Source of the DNA: Convolutriloba macropyga
Taxonomy: Eukaryota
Length of the DNA stretch: 64,000 nucleotides
Assembly (NCBI RefSeq): GCF_964194025.1
Contig: NC_134468.1
Span: 46,128,001 to 46,192,000 of the forward strand
Direction of reading: 5' to 3'
The translations under genes were made by a program, and so were the position numbers. Positions 63,301 to 64,000 of the stretch are shown here, one piece after another (position 1 is the first letter of the stretch; each line of letters opens with the position of its first letter). The notes beneath the pieces were generated by a model. It saw only the letters and a list, made by a program, of their open reading frames with translations. It had not been told where the DNA came from and did no database searches.

Positions 63301-64000
63301 CAGTGCTTCTTAACCGTAAAGAGTGACCATGACTCTTTCATGTTTGGTGGTAACTTCTGTACCGCTTGGTTAAGTAGGGAAGCGCTGTTCAGGTCAGCAT
63401 CATATGATAGTGACTTGAAAACCCCAACGAGGCTGGATATGGCTGCAGAATAGTTAATGATGTTATCACTATTGTGCATTTTAAGAGGCGGAAAGTTGCT
63501 TAGTTTATCCAAGTGTGCACTTACGACTGCCTGTGGCTGGCCAAATTTACGTTCCAAAGTCCTTAGTGCATCCTTGTACATTAAACCACAGTAAGCAAAC
63601 TCGGCGATTGCAATCTTTGCTTTACCAGTGACGAGTGTCTTAAGGTATGTCAATTTAACGTCATCAGTGAGCGTTTGCGAGTCAATCGCGCTTTTGAATT
63701 GACCATACCACTCGTGCCATTGCAATGGATCGCCATTATACTGAGCAAGTTTCCATTCTGGCAAGGGGTCATTTTTCTTGCTGGTTATTGCATCAGCTAA
63801 TTCCCTAATCAATGACGCATTGTCCGGTATCGGAGGGGCAGGTGCAGACACCTGCGGACCACTCCAACTCAACGGAGTGGGCCCAACATAAGGGTATGTT
63901 GGCTGAAAAACCGGAGTGGCCAGACCAGATACAATATTACTTGTAGTTGCAATCGGGTTTTCCTGATGTGTGCCGGATGGTGATTGCATATCAATCAAAA
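60363..64000 (-). CDS. BEL/Pao polyprotein gag-protease-RT-RNase H (5' truncated by window)
   Basis: Gag Cys/His knuckles (CIVCKGNHRLWEC, CFSC...HTFRQC, C...C...HNTLLH), protease LCDTAC, RT WYLPHHPV, ADIEGMFLQV, FYMDD, RNase H FGDSS, PKLEL, WTDS, NPAD. Confidence 0.95.
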   Translation of the reverse strand, partial: LIDMQSPSGTHQENPIATTSNIVSGLATPVFQPTYPYVGPTPLSWSGPQVSAPAPPIPDNASLIRELADAITSKKNDPLPEWKLAQYNGDPLQWHEWYGQFKSAIDSQTLTDDVKLTYLKTLVTGKAKIAIAEFAYCGLMYKDALRTLERKFGQPQAVVSAHLDKLSNFPPLKMHNSDNIINYSAAISSLVGVFKSLSYDADLNSASLLNQAVQKLPPNMKESWSLFTVKKHWVKPTLLDFNDWLKEKAEAHDLMKQSATKARPEDNSTSVTKTKTASKVFASNSQQRETKKQMPSSSTNTYSRCIVCKGNHRLWECRVFKEKTPTQRAKLVADNKLCFSCLRDKHTFRQCPQPRKCRAEGCNSSHNTLLHGADRVFPTKQSTNSNAIQPSGNTGQSKAASSQLQPNKTTTMSSVTDVKGLLQVTELQLVNSSGLDTKALVLCDTACSNSWVAGSLADRLGLHGKSLKLTVKGINTEEVVDTRIVEVTVKPREHQDFEPFTINPFVKESLNVGSDIINVQALQETYPHLAVLDPVTYSYKDIEMILGQDVYHAIRPLEYFSADEKRSHVAVRLPIGWVLSGPLPSSSCLTSTCFKVNIEHDNELASQVKSWYDIESFGANKQVDSRSAADARAHEILESTTIHNGLRYDVGMLWAADNIQLPNNYFSSLVQLKSLEKRLAKDEDLREKYTSTIKEDLNKGYVIEVPDAHKVESRSDKEWYLPHHPVLNPNKPGKVRRVLNGAAKFHGASLNKSLLTGPDLLQNLIYVLLRFRQHPYAVSADIEGMFLQVGVLPSDQPSLRFLWREDPTTNVVVYQYTRHIFGAKDSPTCANYALQRTARDNAKFYPEAAKAVLENFYMDDYLDSVESPEKAINRSKELVHLLHLGGFKLTKFVSNVQNLADRIDGSPQSTEPKVIVSCQEDSSHVLGLKWDHTNDTLVVSRGTSCAITKFLTQRLVLSLVSKVFDPIGLVAPFTVGARLLLKDIWRVTGQQWDDELPQDMVQRFLVWSADLPKLENIKIPRSYFSGPFHNTELHMFGDSSQDIFSAVAFLRARVTTPTGKIKTELAFVLGKARVAPMKVMTVPKLELQAALLAARLKNEIIQALTVTVNHVFMWTDSTTVLQWINSNEKQPIFVANRVCEILEYTSVDQWNHVATKDNPADAGTRGMSAEVLQLSSWVNGPHFLSNSSFPFVPNKDVINNIKLGVNQAAII

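Noticed and set aside
58717-63453. Plus-strand and alternative-frame ORFs over the BEL element
   Set aside because: Antisense or shadow frames of the polyprotein.

Overview
Repeat-rich, AT-rich animal (invertebrate-like) genomic scaffold with seven N-gaps. One host gene is supported: the 3' four exons (5092-5327, 8665-8927, 10285-10441, 22044-22450, + strand) of a divergent Cys-loop, nicotinic-receptor-like ion channel subunit whose 5' exons I could not find in the window. Nearly everything else is mobile DNA. (1) Three intact, tightly packed Polinton/Maverick genes at the left edge: integrase tail, minor capsid and a core-like protein. (2) A GAPDH pseudogene and an internally deleted copia element inside the 11.6-kb intron. 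(3) Helentron-type and CCC...GGG MITE-like elements. (4) An ~0.9-kb tandem repeat derived from a LINE reverse-transcriptase fragment, interrupted by a 6.8-kb Ty3/gypsy element with a 5-bp target-site duplication. (5) A duplicated mosaic of deleted gypsy elements embedded in (ATT)n tracts. (6) Two decayed LINEs. (7) A 423-bp near-perfect palindrome. (8) A near-intact BEL/Pao element at the right edge with one in-frame stop. I see no clear new multi-gene system. The most notable signals are the atypical channel subunit, the compact Maverick virion genes, a gag start codon built at the LTR/PBS junction in several gypsy families, and copia deletions that coincide with both priming sites. All assignments come from by-eye motif recognition; no searches were run.
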